A stretch of 64,000 bases of DNA from a virus, in IMG/VR virus record IMGVR_UViG_3300023202_000137, positions 1-64,000 of that record. One strand, written 5' to 3'. The notes under the pieces were generated by a model that saw only the letters and a program-made list of their open reading frames with translations, had not been told where the DNA came from and searched no databases. The position numbers and the translations under genes are program-made. Shown here in pieces: positions 46,099-56,590 of the stretch. Within the stretch, counting starts at the first letter, position 1. Each line of letters begins with the position of its first letter.

Positions 46099-46566
46099 CT
46101 AGCCGTCGCTAGGATCGAAGTAGTCATACGTCACGGTAACCGAGTTGATGGTGACTTCATCGGCGTTGTTATCCCAATCCCCTGCAACGAAGTTGGTGGG
46201 CCATGCTTTGTTGAGCTGCCACCGTCGAAGCTCGGAACCGTCACGATCTTGCTGCACAACATCTGCGTCGCGCTTGTACTCTTCATCGACCAAACCGGTA
46301 CCGGTCGCAGCGTCCGCCACTTCCTTGAACCAATTGTACAGGTCGAGATCTTCAGTGGCCCCACGCCCCAGGGTCACGTCGGAGAACGTCACACGCCCAG
46401 GACTCTTGTTGGGGATGATTGCGCCACCCTCGTAGTATTCGACCTTCGCCGCCTCTGCGGACAGCTCGCTCGCCGTTTGGAACCCGGCTCGGTCGAATCC
46501 GTCAACATCCACAATGAACTTGAACTTCTTGTGGAAGCTACGGGGATTTCCTTGCAGTGAAGGCAT
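46099..46566 (-). CDS. Tail tube protein (T4 gp19-like)
   Basis: F.VDVDG...GF...S, EY.EGG, K.PG...F.D+TL.RG, AWP. Confidence 0.92.
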   Translation of the reverse strand: MPSLQGNPRSFHKKFKFIVDVDGFDRAGFQTASELSAEAAKVEYYEGGAIIPNKSPGRVTFSDVTLGRGATEDLDLYNWFKEVADAATGTGLVDEEYKRDADVVQQDRDGSELRRWQLNKAWPTNFVAGDWDNNADEVTINSVTVTYDYFDPSDG

Positions 46567-46583
46567 GGATCAACTCCTTGTGG

Positions 46584-48182
46584 CTACGCTGCCAGTTCCT
46601 CTTCCAGCGCACGCGTGTCTTGCGTCACCTTCAGGATGATGAACTCGGCAGGTTTGTTGGTTGCCAGCCCAATCCGCACGATGAGCTGCCCAGCAAACAC
46701 TACCGAGGGTGGGTTGAGTGCGTCCGACGCGTCGATGAAGAACGCGGTTGCTGGATTCTGAGATCTGAATGCTTCGTTCCTCATCTGGGTAATGAGAAAC
46801 GCGTTGATGGTACGTCGCACCCGCGCTCGCAATTGGGGGGTATTGTTCGAATGCTTCGCGAACAGAAGCCCAATCTTCAACGAGGTCTCGATGAAGATCA
46901 CCCCACGCCGCTCTGCTACGAACGGGAAGTTGCCATCCCCCTTGAGGGTACGGCTCCCGTCGATGTGACGAGGGGTTCCAGTGAACGCAGTCAGAGGGTT
47001 GATGCGCTTGGGAAACACGATGTCCCGCTTGCGCTCGTCGAGAACTTGGTGTTGGGGCAACCCGTCCGGGTCGTCCTCGAATCCGACGCAGCCAAAGATG
47101 ACTCCACGCTCGACACCCGCAGGGGACTGGTAGATTCCACCGGGTCGGCTGCTGTCGATTCGAGCATACACCCCGACAATGAAGCCGGAAGGCGGTACCG
47201 TGATGGTATCACCGCTACCGAAGACTGCAGCGCTCGGATTGACGATCTTGATTCGAGGCCAGTAGATGGCCGCGAACTCACTTAGCCCAAGCAACGCAGC
47301 GGTGCTCTCGACGTAGGTTACGATAGCTGCAGCGTTGTTCGACGAGGGCGGGTCGAGTACCGCAAAGCAAGTTCCGTCGCGAGTCACTTCGCAATAGGTC
47401 ACCATCGCGTTGTGGATGCCGGAGGTCGCTTGCCCGGGGACGATCAGCAGGGTGATGTTCTGGATGATATCCAGAGCACGTAGCCCAGTTGGACCTGCGT
47501 CGCTTCCGATGAAGTCGGTATCAGCGAGGGAAGTCAGGCCGTCGTCGCCACTGGTCAGGGAAAAGGTACCGTTGACCGGTCGGTCTTGCAGCGGGGTTCC
47601 CCCTGCGTCTTGATCGGTCACACTGATCAGGTTCGATCCTGCGCTGCCATTGACGACAGTCTCGGCAAAGTTTGGAGACGTGTCATCCATGGTGAGGTTC
47701 GGGAAAACCTCTACGACAATACCGCCGTCGATCACGAACAGGTCGAACTCGGCAGCTTCACCGCTGGTTGCATCTGCGACTTCAACGTCGAGATCGTTAG
47801 CGTATGCCCCTGGTGTTTTGCCATCCACCTGCAGGGTGTTGTTCGGTCCGGTTGCGTCCTGGAGTGTGACTGTACCTACAACTGCGGTTGCGGTTCCGGG
47901 GTCTGTGATGTCCGTGTAGTGAACCGTACGAACGATCCACATCTGCTCGCCGCCATTGAGAAAAAACCCAAAGGCTGCCGTGGCTACGTCAGACGCTGTC
48001 GTGAAGCCACCAAAGACACGAACGTACTCATCGAAGCTGGTCACGAGTGTTGGAACACCAACCGGACCTCGCTCCGTGATACCAACGACACCGACCACCG
48101 CAGTTGGCAGTGCAGGGATCGAACGGATCCGAGGTTCTTCTTCGATAATTACGATCTTGGAAGCGAGCAGTGCTTGGGACAT
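46584..48182 (-). CDS. Tail sheath protein
   Basis: GITERGP, SFDEY...FG, FFLNGG, YWP, PPSG, INP, GSRTL, KPAEFI. Confidence 0.95.
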   Translation of the reverse strand: MSQALLASKIVIIEEEPRIRSIPALPTAVVGVVGITERGPVGVPTLVTSFDEYVRVFGGFTTASDVATAAFGFFLNGGEQMWIVRTVHYTDITDPGTATAVVGTVTLQDATGPNNTLQVDGKTPGAYANDLDVEVADATSGEAAEFDLFVIDGGIVVEVFPNLTMDDTSPNFAETVVNGSAGSNLISVTDQDAGGTPLQDRPVNGTFSLTSGDDGLTSLADTDFIGSDAGPTGLRALDIIQNITLLIVPGQATSGIHNAMVTYCEVTRDGTCFAVLDPPSSNNAAAIVTYVESTAALLGLSEFAAIYWPRIKIVNPSAAVFGSGDTITVPPSGFIVGVYARIDSSRPGGIYQSPAGVERGVIFGCVGFEDDPDGLPQHQVLDERKRDIVFPKRINPLTAFTGTPRHIDGSRTLKGDGNFPFVAERRGVIFIETSLKIGLLFAKHSNNTPQLRARVRRTINAFLITQMRNEAFRSQNPATAFFIDASDALNPPSVVFAGQLIVRIGLATNKPAEFIILKVTQDTRALEEELAA

Positions 48183-48205
48183 TTTCGATTGGCCTCCGGT
48201 TCAGG

Positions 48206-48556
48206 TTAGCTCGACGCCTTGTCTGATTCCGCTTCGGCCCTGTCACGCCGCTTCGGTTGCGCTGCTGGTTTCGGCTTCGCCTTCTTTTTCCGCAGAGCTT
48301 TCATGTCGAGTTGCTTTTTGACTTCCGGGGCCTCCATTGCGGCCTCGGGAACGGAGACTTCTGCCCCTGGGGGGAACCAAATCGCGCTTCCGTAATAACG
48401 ATCAACGCGCCTGGTCTTCCGCTCGCCCGTACCTGTGTCATGGTGTAGCAGAGTTTGCTTGCCCTTGACTACTGGCAACTTCGCCTTCTCGCAGAGATCC
48501 GCTGGTATATTGCAGACGATCATATGGTTGGTCGTGTTTTCCAGCGTCTCACTCAT
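48206..48556 (-). CDS. Hypothetical protein
   Basis: GAGG SD; precedes the sheath gene. Confidence 0.6.
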   Translation of the reverse strand: MSETLENTTNHMIVCNIPADLCEKAKLPVVKGKQTLLHHDTGTGERKTRRVDRYYGSAIWFPPGAEVSVPEAAMEAPEVKKQLDMKALRKKKAKPKPAAQPKRRDRAEAESDKASS

Positions 48557-48563
48557 TGCTACC

Positions 48564-51464
48564 TCACAAGGGCTCGATTTCTAGCGTCACGCATCCGTCG
48601 TCCGCGTCCAGCTCGAACGACTCTTGCTCCACTGGTAGTTCTATATCAAACCCACGGATTACGAAAGAACCCTCAAAATGCCGCACGTTTGACCGGTTGG
48701 CCCTTGTGCGCACTGAGAAATCTGCCGTCACGTCCATCTCAAACCTGCAGACCCCGGCCCCAGGGTCATCTGGGTCGCGGTCCATCTCAAAAAACTTGTT
48801 CAGCTCAAAGAATCGCTCGATTTCCCCCAGCATGTCCAGCATTACAGCCGTTTTGTCTGCAGCCCCAACGAGGGTGAAAGTGAGGTCTACAGTACGGGGC
48901 ACCTGGGGTGCCGAGAATTTTCTGCCGTCCTGTAGGTATTGTCGCTCGTTTACAGAGTAGAAGCGGTTGTTGGTCAGGTCTGGCCCTTGGACGATTACCG
49001 AGGGCAGCTCGGAGAGTTTGATCTGATCTAGCATGTCGTCCACGGTGTCGTCGTAGTCGATGTCCACGGTCATGCTGACGTTGGGATGAAACTGACGCTT
49101 GATGGTTCGCAGTAGCTCACGCACCCCTCGCTTCAGATTGGTAGAGGCTCCAAACTTTGGGCGTCGGTACTGGAAAACTTCAGGCAAAACGAGCACGTCA
49201 CCAACTCCGCTCAACTCCCCCCCTGTCTCGGGGTCAAGTGCGACGATTCTGATATCCGATGGAGGGATTGGACTCACATCAGCATTGCCTCGGTAGGGCG
49301 GGACAACTGCGGTCATCAGTTCTTCAGTGAGCACACGTACGTCGGGGGAGGGCTCACCATTGAACTCTACTCGCATTGTTCGAGGGTAGGTGCCGCCAAC
49401 AAAACCAGGGGGCGGATCTGGTGGAAGACGAAACCCAGACCCAGTAAATACAGCAAGGTACCCACCGCTTGCAGGTGAGCCAACCTCACCCGTTGGGTTG
49501 TTTGGAACATCTACGCCCCCAGGAGGAACCGTGATGATCGGCAAAACCGAAGGCGCGACGAATATCGACGTGCCTTGGATGATCTGACCAGAAAGCGCGA
49601 GCGGTAGACGATTCAGAGTCGTGGCGACAAAGGCTGACACTGCATCAATCTGCCCCTGAACAGAGGGCAGCAAGCGAAGACTTCCAGACAGTGCGCTTTG
49701 TCCGTCGATGTTTCCGCCGTCAATGGCCTCGGTCTCAACCATTGTACCTTGGAAAGTCGACACACCGTCGAGGGAGGCCTGCATTTGAACGATCTCCGCA
49801 AGCAGTCCCTCAAACCCCCCAGTGCTCCCAAGGGCTCCCTGCACCGCGAGTATCAGTCCAACCATGGCGTCGAGCGATGAGTTGCCGTCAACCTGTCCCT
49901 GAATAGCTCGTGCAACTGCGATGTCTGCCTGCAGCTCGCTCGTTGCTTCGATGGATCCAGGGGCGAGACTCAACTGGGGAAACGAAAGCGTACCGCTCAA
50001 ATCCCCAGAGCCAACAATCGGGAAGGGGATCAGAACCATCGGGGTAAGGTTCATGTTTGCTTGAAGAGAAGAGACCCCCTCGATATCGGCAGTGATATCG
50101 TTTTCGCTTAGCAGCATGTTCCCTGCGATGTCCGATTGACCATCGACTGATCCATCGACATTCAGCAGTGCTTCGAGTCGTGCTGCCTCTAGCGTTGAGG
50201 TCCCATCCATCTGCGCATTGATGTTGTCGAACGTGCGCAGGTTTGCGTCGAGGCTCCCAGATCCAGACACTAGCGCGCTCATGGCGAGGGGCGTTCTCTG
50301 CAGGGATGGGGCCCGTATGTCGCTGAACCCTACAACCTCACTTTCCATAACCGGGCCAGGGACGTAGGTCACATCGAGTCGGGGTTCTGCAAAGCTCAGG
50401 TTGTCCCAGGCTGCGAGCTGACGGTTACCAGAGGAACCACCCTGGACAATCAAAAACATTGGGTCGTTCGCAACGTAGTCGATGCTAGATGCGGACTTTT
50501 GGATCAGAGCACTGATGTCCGGGGAGACGAGTTGAGTCCCAGGTACAGTGACTCCTATGTCCCAAGGGACCAGGGGTCCGTTGTTGATAGCTGGGCTCCA
50601 AACCTCGACCGCGAGATCAGCGCCTGCTGGGTAGTTCTGGAAGTCAACACCTTCCCCGGTACCGAAGTGCCACATCTCACCCTCGTCTTCGGGTGTAATG
50701 ATGAATCCACTTCCTATTTCTGCTTGGATAAAATCAGTCGCGTTTGCCCTGAACGTTCCCCGGAGGACGATCACAATGCTCTGATTCTGAAGAAGCTCGA
50801 TTCGATTGACTCCAGAGAAATCGAATCGAATGGCTGTCGAGCCCGTTGGAACAGTGTTTGCGGGCAGTGCCAGGCTGGTGGCCAATGGAGCACCAGTCGG
50901 AGATCCTTCAAGCGGTCCTGGTGTGAGGTCTGCAGCATAGATCTCTAGGAACAAATCTCCAGATGGGTTTCCTATTCGGCGAAGGTCCATGTCTACAGAC
51001 CCAAGCTGAAAGGACTGCTCCAAAGTAATCCGCTGCCCAAGCTGTTGGTGTCGTGCAGGAGAGGAGTCGCGTCGAAGCTCCCAGAACTGGCTAGAAGCGT
51101 CTCGTGTGTCTTGCTGACTAACATCGCTCACGTCGTTTACGTTGAGCTTCATGTCGCCAAAGATCTGTCGGCTCCAACCAGTCCTGTTCAGCGGATCCCA
51201 TTTCCCATCCGGCAGAGCGAGTGCAATGTTTGCGTTTTGAGTGCCTAACCTGTTTGCAGTGGCAACCATGGTGAGTGTTGCGCTTTGGATGTGTGCGGCT
51301 CGTGGGATATTTAGACCGCGAAATACCATCGCTGCGTTGGAGGTGATTCCAAAGAAAACGTTTCCAACTGCTAGGTTAACGGCAGCACTGTTTTGCCTGT
51401 TCTGGAACCCGATAGACGATGTGTCGTCCGTAGAGCGGGAGATCGTACTGAATACGCTGGTCAT
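48564..51464 (-). CDS. Large virion protein: carbohydrate-binding-like N-terminus, repeats, IPT-like and tail-terminator-like C-terminus
   Basis: Position before the sheath gene; G..DG.S.L repeats; G.GF/F.Y IPT-like segment. Confidence 0.55.
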   Translation of the reverse strand: MTSVFSTISRSTDDTSSIGFQNRQNSAAVNLAVGNVFFGITSNAAMVFRGLNIPRAAHIQSATLTMVATANRLGTQNANIALALPDGKWDPLNRTGWSRQIFGDMKLNVNDVSDVSQQDTRDASSQFWELRRDSSPARHQQLGQRITLEQSFQLGSVDMDLRRIGNPSGDLFLEIYAADLTPGPLEGSPTGAPLATSLALPANTVPTGSTAIRFDFSGVNRIELLQNQSIVIVLRGTFRANATDFIQAEIGSGFIITPEDEGEMWHFGTGEGVDFQNYPAGADLAVEVWSPAINNGPLVPWDIGVTVPGTQLVSPDISALIQKSASSIDYVANDPMFLIVQGGSSGNRQLAAWDNLSFAEPRLDVTYVPGPVMESEVVGFSDIRAPSLQRTPLAMSALVSGSGSLDANLRTFDNINAQMDGTSTLEAARLEALLNVDGSVDGQSDIAGNMLLSENDITADIEGVSSLQANMNLTPMVLIPFPIVGSGDLSGTLSFPQLSLAPGSIEATSELQADIAVARAIQGQVDGNSSLDAMVGLILAVQGALGSTGGFEGLLAEIVQMQASLDGVSTFQGTMVETEAIDGGNIDGQSALSGSLRLLPSVQGQIDAVSAFVATTLNRLPLALSGQIIQGTSIFVAPSVLPIITVPPGGVDVPNNPTGEVGSPASGGYLAVFTGSGFRLPPDPPPGFVGGTYPRTMRVEFNGEPSPDVRVLTEELMTAVVPPYRGNADVSPIPPSDIRIVALDPETGGELSGVGDVLVLPEVFQYRRPKFGASTNLKRGVRELLRTIKRQFHPNVSMTVDIDYDDTVDDMLDQIKLSELPSVIVQGPDLTNNRFYSVNERQYLQDGRKFSAPQVPRTVDLTFTLVGAADKTAVMLDMLGEIERFFELNKFFEMDRDPDDPGAGVCRFEMDVTADFSVRTRANRSNVRHFEGSFVIRGFDIELPVEQESFELDADDGCVTLEIEPL

Positions 51465-51901
51465 CTAAGGTGAATCCTCACCGTTTGGATTTCAGATTCA
51501 GGATCTACAGACTTCGCCTCAAACCCTTCTGCGGCAATCTCCATCTCCGCTTCGACTTCCGGGGACAGCGGAAACGAGGGGACAAGATCTCCCAGCAACT
51601 CTGCAACTCCGTCCTCCAGGCTTTGAAACTCTACGTTGTGGAACAACCCACCGCCGTAGATGTATCGAGTGACCGGATGAGCGATGGCGAAGAGGATTGC
51701 GTAGTCCTCATAAGGGGTTTCCGTCAGGTCCGGGTGTAGCTTCATCCATTTCTGGATGATTGCTCCATAGCACTTTGCGATGTCCGACTGCTGATTGGTC
51801 GGCTCATAGGGCATCGTACGTATGTCGATCAACAAGACTGGCGTGGGCGTGTCCGTGAGCCCAAGCGTCTCTTCCAGAACTGGGAGCGACGTAAAAGACA
51901 T
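51461..51901 (-). CDS. Hypothetical protein
   Basis: ATGA overlap with the next gene. Confidence 0.55.
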   Translation of the reverse strand: MSFTSLPVLEETLGLTDTPTPVLLIDIRTMPYEPTNQQSDIAKCYGAIIQKWMKLHPDLTETPYEDYAILFAIAHPVTRYIYGGGLFHNVEFQSLEDGVAELLGDLVPSFPLSPEVEAEMEIAAEGFEAKSVDPESEIQTVRIHLR

Positions 51902-51928
51902 GCCCCCATACTACCGGGGTGGTGGTGG

Positions 51929-52330
51929 TTAATCGAGACTGATGGTGATTTCACCAGCCGCAAATCGAGGCTGGTCGCCATCCCCGACAGTGCGAGCCAC
52001 CGTCAGGGCGCCAGATCCCAAAAGGTTTCCCCCAGCAAGTTGGTCGAAAATGCCAAAGTGGGTGATATTCCCCCAGCTACCAGAAGCCAAAGGGAAGGTG
52101 ATGTCGTTCGCGTTGTTCTTGCTTCCCCCTGCAGCAGCAGGCCACTGGGTCAGGTTGTTGGTCACCTGCACGCGGGCGTAGCCGTTACCTACTGGTTCTG
52201 CTAGGCCTGCTCCGTCGTCCCCTGGGTCTGCGGTGGACAACCCGATGTAGAGATCTCCAGGAGCGGAGTAGGCTGAGTTGCCAAACACATGGTCCAGCAG
52301 CTCGTTTTCTAGGAAGTCGGAAAAACTCAT
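51929..52330 (-). CDS. Small virion fibre-associated protein
   Basis: MSFSDFLENELLDHVF...LYIGLSTADP...GYARV...WG.ITHFGIFD. Confidence 0.75.
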   Translation of the reverse strand: MSFSDFLENELLDHVFGNSAYSAPGDLYIGLSTADPGDDGAGLAEPVGNGYARVQVTNNLTQWPAAAGGSKNNANDITFPLASGSWGNITHFGIFDQLAGGNLLGSGALTVARTVGDGDQPRFAAGEITISLD

Positions 52331-52905
52331 GGTTTCAGCACCTTGTTGATCGTTTTTTCTACCCTGCCCTTCGCGCCTTTACGAAGCATTTCTGCCACCG
52401 GCTGAAAGGACGGTCGTGCTGGTACTCTTACCACCAACGTCGAGCGTACGGAAGATGGCGGGAGTAGCCCAGACTGACGAAACATCAGGCCGAGAAATCG
52501 ACTCATCCCAGGGTTGAGCCGTATCACGCTCGTTGCCCCAAACTCCTGCACCGCGGCGACATTCACCAGGTCGTCACCATCCCGGTTTCGAGCAGAGCGC
52601 AGGACACCAACAAAGATCCCATCCGGTCGCTCGACCACTTTCAAAGAGCGCACGAGATCTCCACCAGCGTTGAGTGGCTTCGTGCCCCTGAACCCACGGA
52701 AGCGACGAGTTGCAATGGTGAAGGGGGACAGCGGCTTGAATCTCTTTCCCCCGGGAGCGCCGCTTCGGATCCCTTTGACCAGCTCTGTACGGAACAGTTG
52801 GGCCTCGCGGCGTAGTGCAACCTTCAAAGCCAGGTCAGTAGTTGCTGGTCCGGTACGTAGGAAAAAGTCTGCTGCTTTCCATTGCCCGACGCGTACAATG
52901 CTCAA
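52327..52905 (-). CDS. Virion morphogenesis / tail completion protein
   Basis: PLSP.TI..R...KPL...G.L..S...A..QEFG...PARP. Confidence 0.75.
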   Translation of the reverse strand: MSIVRVGQWKAADFFLRTGPATTDLALKVALRREAQLFRTELVKGIRSGAPGGKRFKPLSPFTIATRRFRGFRGTKPLNAGGDLVRSLKVVERPDGIFVGVLRSARNRDGDDLVNVAAVQEFGATSVIRLNPGMSRFLGLMFRQSGLLPPSSVRSTLVVRVPARPSFQPVAEMLRKGAKGRVEKTINKVLKP

Positions 52906-53438
52906 GTTTGGACTCCCTGCTTACGCTCTCCCAGAGTACATAGTAGCAGGTTTCTAGTGGGGTGTGTGAGGTCGAGCCCAAAACCGATGGGTCTGGCTTC
53001 CGCGATGTAGAGCCCTGGAGGATTCTCGACCGCCTGCACGAGCTTTCCTTGTCGAGTGTAGATGGCGTTGAGTCTATCTCCCACCCCTATAAGCGAGTCG
53101 CCCGTGGTCGCGTCGACGAGACCGTACTTCTCCAAGTCTTTGTAATGGAACACCAGGCCCATGTTGGTGTCGGGGGCGTTGCCCGAGAGAAACTGGTTGA
53201 GCGCCTCGAACACGTCAGATTCGATCTGACACGGGATGCGGACCAGGGCTTTCTCGGCTCGTGTGGATGGTCCGACCTGTTGGTCCAGGTTCTCGATGAT
53301 CGTGAGCGGTTCTCGGAAGTCTGCATCGTAGCCGCTTTCGAGCGGACCAGCGCCGTCGGGGTCTTCGGCTGTTGCTTCAGTGTCGAGCTGCGCAATCTCA
53401 GCCAAAAACTTGAAGATGAGGTCACCACGAAACGGCAC
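52902..53438 (-). CDS. Putative head closure protein
   Basis: Neck position; GYD.DFREP motif. Confidence 0.55.
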   Translation of the reverse strand: MPFRGDLIFKFLAEIAQLDTEATAEDPDGAGPLESGYDADFREPLTIIENLDQQVGPSTRAEKALVRIPCQIESDVFEALNQFLSGNAPDTNMGLVFHYKDLEKYGLVDATTGDSLIGVGDRLNAIYTRQGKLVQAVENPPGLYIAEARPIGFGLDLTHPTRNLLLCTLGERKQGVQT

Positions 53439-54544
53439 TACGCAGCCCCCAGCTTTGGCCCCCTGGCGAACATCAGCAGGATGTTATCGATCTCTGGATC
53501 TCCGGTGAATGGTCCCGGGGCTGCGCCGCCAAGGTTGTTCGTGTTCACCGCGAACTCAACCTCTTGATCGCGAGTTTTCAATCGCTTGATGGGCCCGCCT
53601 GGGACCGGATCGTCTCCTGCGGTAAATGCTTTTCCAATCAGTCGCTTCCCAACCAGCAATGTTGCGGCTCTACGGATCAAACGAGGCACATCTCCCATTG
53701 GTGACCCATCGGGCTCGGTGTACCCAAACGCGCCAGCAATTCGAATGTTCTGTTGCCCAAAGGGGAAAATGAAATTGGGAAACAGTGGTCGTTTGTCTTG
53801 GTTGGTGTTGCCGAGATAGTCCGTTAACCGAAAGAAACTGATCATCGGATTCTCGCGGTCGTCTGGATCTGAAAGGTTCTGGGTCAGATGACGGTTGTAG
53901 ATGCTGATATCCTCTAGGTCTGTTGCGGTGGACACCAACTCGGAGCCAAACAGGTTCGATAGAATCTCCAGAGAACTCAAGCCAACGATAGGCTCGTCGA
54001 GAAGAAGGTCTGGGCTGTCTCTGCCGTCTACTGCAATCAGTTTTTGCGTCACCCCGAAGACTCGATTGGTGAAGTTTTCGATCATCTGGGAGGCAACAGC
54101 AATGGATTGCAGTACGCGTGCGTCGTCGGCCTGCGTCTCGGGTAAGTCCTCTGCACGAATCTCACTGATGAGCGCGTAGCATCGTTGGCCGAAAGGCTTG
54201 ACCGTACCTTGCTCAATAACGTCGAACTCTTGCTCGAAGACTTGCTCAGGGTCTCCGTTGTTGACCACCAGAAACCACTTGATGCTGTGGAGTCCTTTTG
54301 GCTCCGCGCCGTCAACGGTGTAGTTCGCGATGAAAGCACCCTCGCCGATCTTGTGGTTCACGAGATCTACGGGCTCGCGGTTTGGTGCAGGAGTCGGGAA
54401 CACCTGGACCGGTGCCCCGCCCGTACGGTTGAAGATTTGAAACTCTAAGGAGAATGGATCTTGGAGTATTCCAGCAGACTGGATGAAAGCACTCAGCACC
54501 GGGTTGGTAGTTGAGTTGGCTTCATTCTGTGCAAGGAATCTCAC
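53438..54544 (-). CDS. Head-tail adaptor (gp6/gp15-like) with N-terminal extension
   Basis: YA...+R, AS..IE.FT.R.F, G.QN+...FGY, P..I..A, TG.PEID.IL. Confidence 0.7.
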   Translation of the reverse strand: MRFLAQNEANSTTNPVLSAFIQSAGILQDPFSLEFQIFNRTGGAPVQVFPTPAPNREPVDLVNHKIGEGAFIANYTVDGAEPKGLHSIKWFLVVNNGDPEQVFEQEFDVIEQGTVKPFGQRCYALISEIRAEDLPETQADDARVLQSIAVASQMIENFTNRVFGVTQKLIAVDGRDSPDLLLDEPIVGLSSLEILSNLFGSELVSTATDLEDISIYNRHLTQNLSDPDDRENPMISFFRLTDYLGNTNQDKRPLFPNFIFPFGQQNIRIAGAFGYTEPDGSPMGDVPRLIRRAATLLVGKRLIGKAFTAGDDPVPGGPIKRLKTRDQEVEFAVNTNNLGGAAPGPFTGDPEIDNILLMFARGPKLGAA

Positions 54545-54801
54545 CGTCGTTTGCCGTTCCCGTTTTTCCGATGCTCGCCCGCGAGCTTTTTGAGTGCTCG
54601 CATTTCGTCATCGTATCGCCTGCACTCGCTGTTTGTGAACTCTACAGCATACGTGTCCCATTGGCGATTAGGATCCTCAAACGTAAACTCCCAGTCGTGC
54701 CGCCCCTTGCGAAGTGCTCGAACGATTCGCAGACCGCGTAGCTTGAGGTACGCCGCCAGTGCGAGGTCGCGAGTGATACGCAGGGCCTGGTCGCCCTGCA
54801 T
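54541..54801 (-). CDS. DUF5659-like protein
   Basis: TRDLALAAYL...G.....F.F.D. Confidence 0.65.
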   Translation of the reverse strand: MQGDQALRITRDLALAAYLKLRGLRIVRALRKGRHDWEFTFEDPNRQWDTYAVEFTNSECRRYDDEMRALKKLAGEHRKNGNGKRR

Positions 54802-54804
54802 GGG

Positions 54805-55512
54805 TTATCCCTTGGCCAGTTTCTTGGCGTGCTTCTGGATGTCTTTCACCTTGGAGCCGACCAGCTCTTGCAGGGCCGCGCTGTCTGCCTCGGCAACAGC
54901 TTGGTAGCTGGTGAACCCTGCCTCGTAGAGCTTCTGCTCGGTAGCCTGGCCAACGCCGTCGATCTTTTGCAGGTCTTCGGGCGTCGGGGAGTCTCCCGGA
55001 GGGGGGGGGAGATCATCCGTGGGGGCCCCTGGAGGGGCTGGGGGGAGGTCGTCGCTAGCTCCGGGGTCTTCTGGGGGAGGGGGATCCCCTTGGCCGCCCT
55101 GGGGCAGCTCGTTGGTGGTGAGGGCTCCTGGGTCGCTCGGATCGAGTACCCCCACCTGCTCTGCAGGGCTGCGCATGCTGGCTGCCTCTGCAGCTCGGGC
55201 ACGAGCATCCTCAGTCATGTCCGCAGCGGCATCGAGGGGGTCAGCAGGGATCCCGCGCTTGAGCTTCGCTCGCTTCTCTGCCTCCACGACGCGTCGAGCC
55301 TCTGCCTCGCTGCAAACGTCGAAGACCATCGGAGAATCCGGGTCGTTGTTGTTCTGGTGAACGGTCTTGAGGTAGGCGGCTGCTGCTGCGTCTACCCGAT
55401 ACCAGCCGTTCTGGACCTGGAACTTGATTCCAAACACCGTGTAGCGTTTGACCTTGTAGCCGCGCTTTGGATTGAAAGGCTTGATTCGAGCCAAGTAAGT
55501 TTGCTGCGCCAT
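54805..55512 (-). CDS. Protein with C-terminal helix-hairpin-helix domain
   Basis: EDLQKIDGVGQATEQKLYEAGF.SY..VA; Pro-rich linker. Confidence 0.75.
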   Translation of the reverse strand: MAQQTYLARIKPFNPKRGYKVKRYTVFGIKFQVQNGWYRVDAAAAAYLKTVHQNNNDPDSPMVFDVCSEAEARRVVEAEKRAKLKRGIPADPLDAAADMTEDARARAAEAASMRSPAEQVGVLDPSDPGALTTNELPQGGQGDPPPPEDPGASDDLPPAPPGAPTDDLPPPPGDSPTPEDLQKIDGVGQATEQKLYEAGFTSYQAVAEADSAALQELVGSKVKDIQKHAKKLAKG

Positions 55513-55539
55513 GTTGGGAGTCTCCTTTTACCGTACCTG

Positions 55540-56121
55540 TTAGACCGCAGGGACAGTCAACGGCGTGAAGGTGAGTGAGTCTGCAGCCTTCAACGCTGCG
55601 ATGTCCAATGCGATTGCTTGCAGGGACTGTACGATCCAATCGTACGTCCCATCAGGTCCGATTCCTGGGCTCGGTACGCCGCCGTCATCTTCTGCGGGGC
55701 GAACGTTTCCGAATGCTGGATTGCGGTGCATGTGTTTTCCGCCCGACATAAAGTCGACGGGCACCTTTGCAGCAGTGTGGGTTTGCGAAAACCCTGAACC
55801 AGCAACGTTGATGTCTGCCAGATCTGCTGCCACGTCGAGCATGAGCTGGCGCATCCCATCAGGGCCGCCAGCCTGGAGGGCTCCACCACCCTGTCCGTAG
55901 TCCGTGTCACGGGTGGGAACCTTGTTGAGTCGTGCTGCCGTGAGTCGAAGAGTGACGCCGAATGCTCCCTCGACGTTCGCTGCATTGAGGTCGGTGGCTA
56001 TGTCTAGGATGGTCTGTTTGATGCCAGCCTCATCACCGATCTGGGCAACAGCGGTTTTGATGCGAGCCCCACCCGTGCCCATGCCGCGAGCGTTGCGTAC
56101 GAGAGATCCAATGTCGGTCAT
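55540..56121 (-). CDS. Hypothetical virion protein with internal repeats
   Basis: Three copies of G..G...G.DG......D+A.DL. Confidence 0.6.
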   Translation of the reverse strand: MTDIGSLVRNARGMGTGGARIKTAVAQIGDEAGIKQTILDIATDLNAANVEGAFGVTLRLTAARLNKVPTRDTDYGQGGGALQAGGPDGMRQLMLDVAADLADINVAGSGFSQTHTAAKVPVDFMSGGKHMHRNPAFGNVRPAEDDGGVPSPGIGPDGTYDWIVQSLQAIALDIAALKAADSLTFTPLTVPAV

Positions 56122-56135
56122 ATTGACTCCGTAAC

Positions 56136-56167
56136 AAAAAACGCCGGGGGGCGCGAGCCCCCCAACG
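56136..56167 (-). terminator. Intrinsic terminator after the capsid/decoration genes
   Basis: CGTTGGGGGGC-TCGC-GCCCCCCGGCG followed by T6. Confidence 0.8.
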
Positions 56168-56175
56168 AGTAGGGC

Positions 56176-56514
56176 CTAGCGGTACTCGACCAACAGGTCG
56201 AAGGTCACGCCGCTGAGGTTGGTTGTGTTCGGCACCTCCTCATCAGCAGCGTTGATACCCGCAGTCCTGGTGACCAACAGTGCGTCGTTGGCGGAATCAT
56301 AGATGGGAGTAAACCCACCACAGAGACCGACACGGCTCACCGAAATGATGTCCACCCCTTCCTTATCCAGCGCAGATGCTATCAGCGCTGCAAATCCGGT
56401 GCTCCCACCGGTAGGGTAAGATCCGTCGCCCGCAAACTGCACGTGCGCCTTGAAGCGAGGTTCGAGCGTCTTCGCGCCCTTCTCACTTACTGAAGTAATT
56501 GCTCCCAAAGCCAT
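56176..56514 (-). CDS. Putative capsid decoration protein
   Basis: D.SYPTGG...EV.N.T.LS; directly after the MCP, before the terminator. Confidence 0.55.
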   Translation of the reverse strand: MALGAITSVSEKGAKTLEPRFKAHVQFAGDGSYPTGGSTGFAALIASALDKEGVDIISVSRVGLCGGFTPIYDSANDALLVTRTAGINAADEEVPNTTNLSGVTFDLLVEYR

Positions 56515-56590
56515 AATGCTTGCTCCTAGTTAAATCGGTTCGAGGTTAAAAAGCCTGCCCAAAAATCCTAGCTGCTCAGTTCCAGAGGAA

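Noticed and set aside
32462-48182. Extracellular contractile injection system (eCIS/tailocin)
   Set aside because: Tail genes resemble CIS parts, but capsid, protease, terminase and replication genes show a complete phage.
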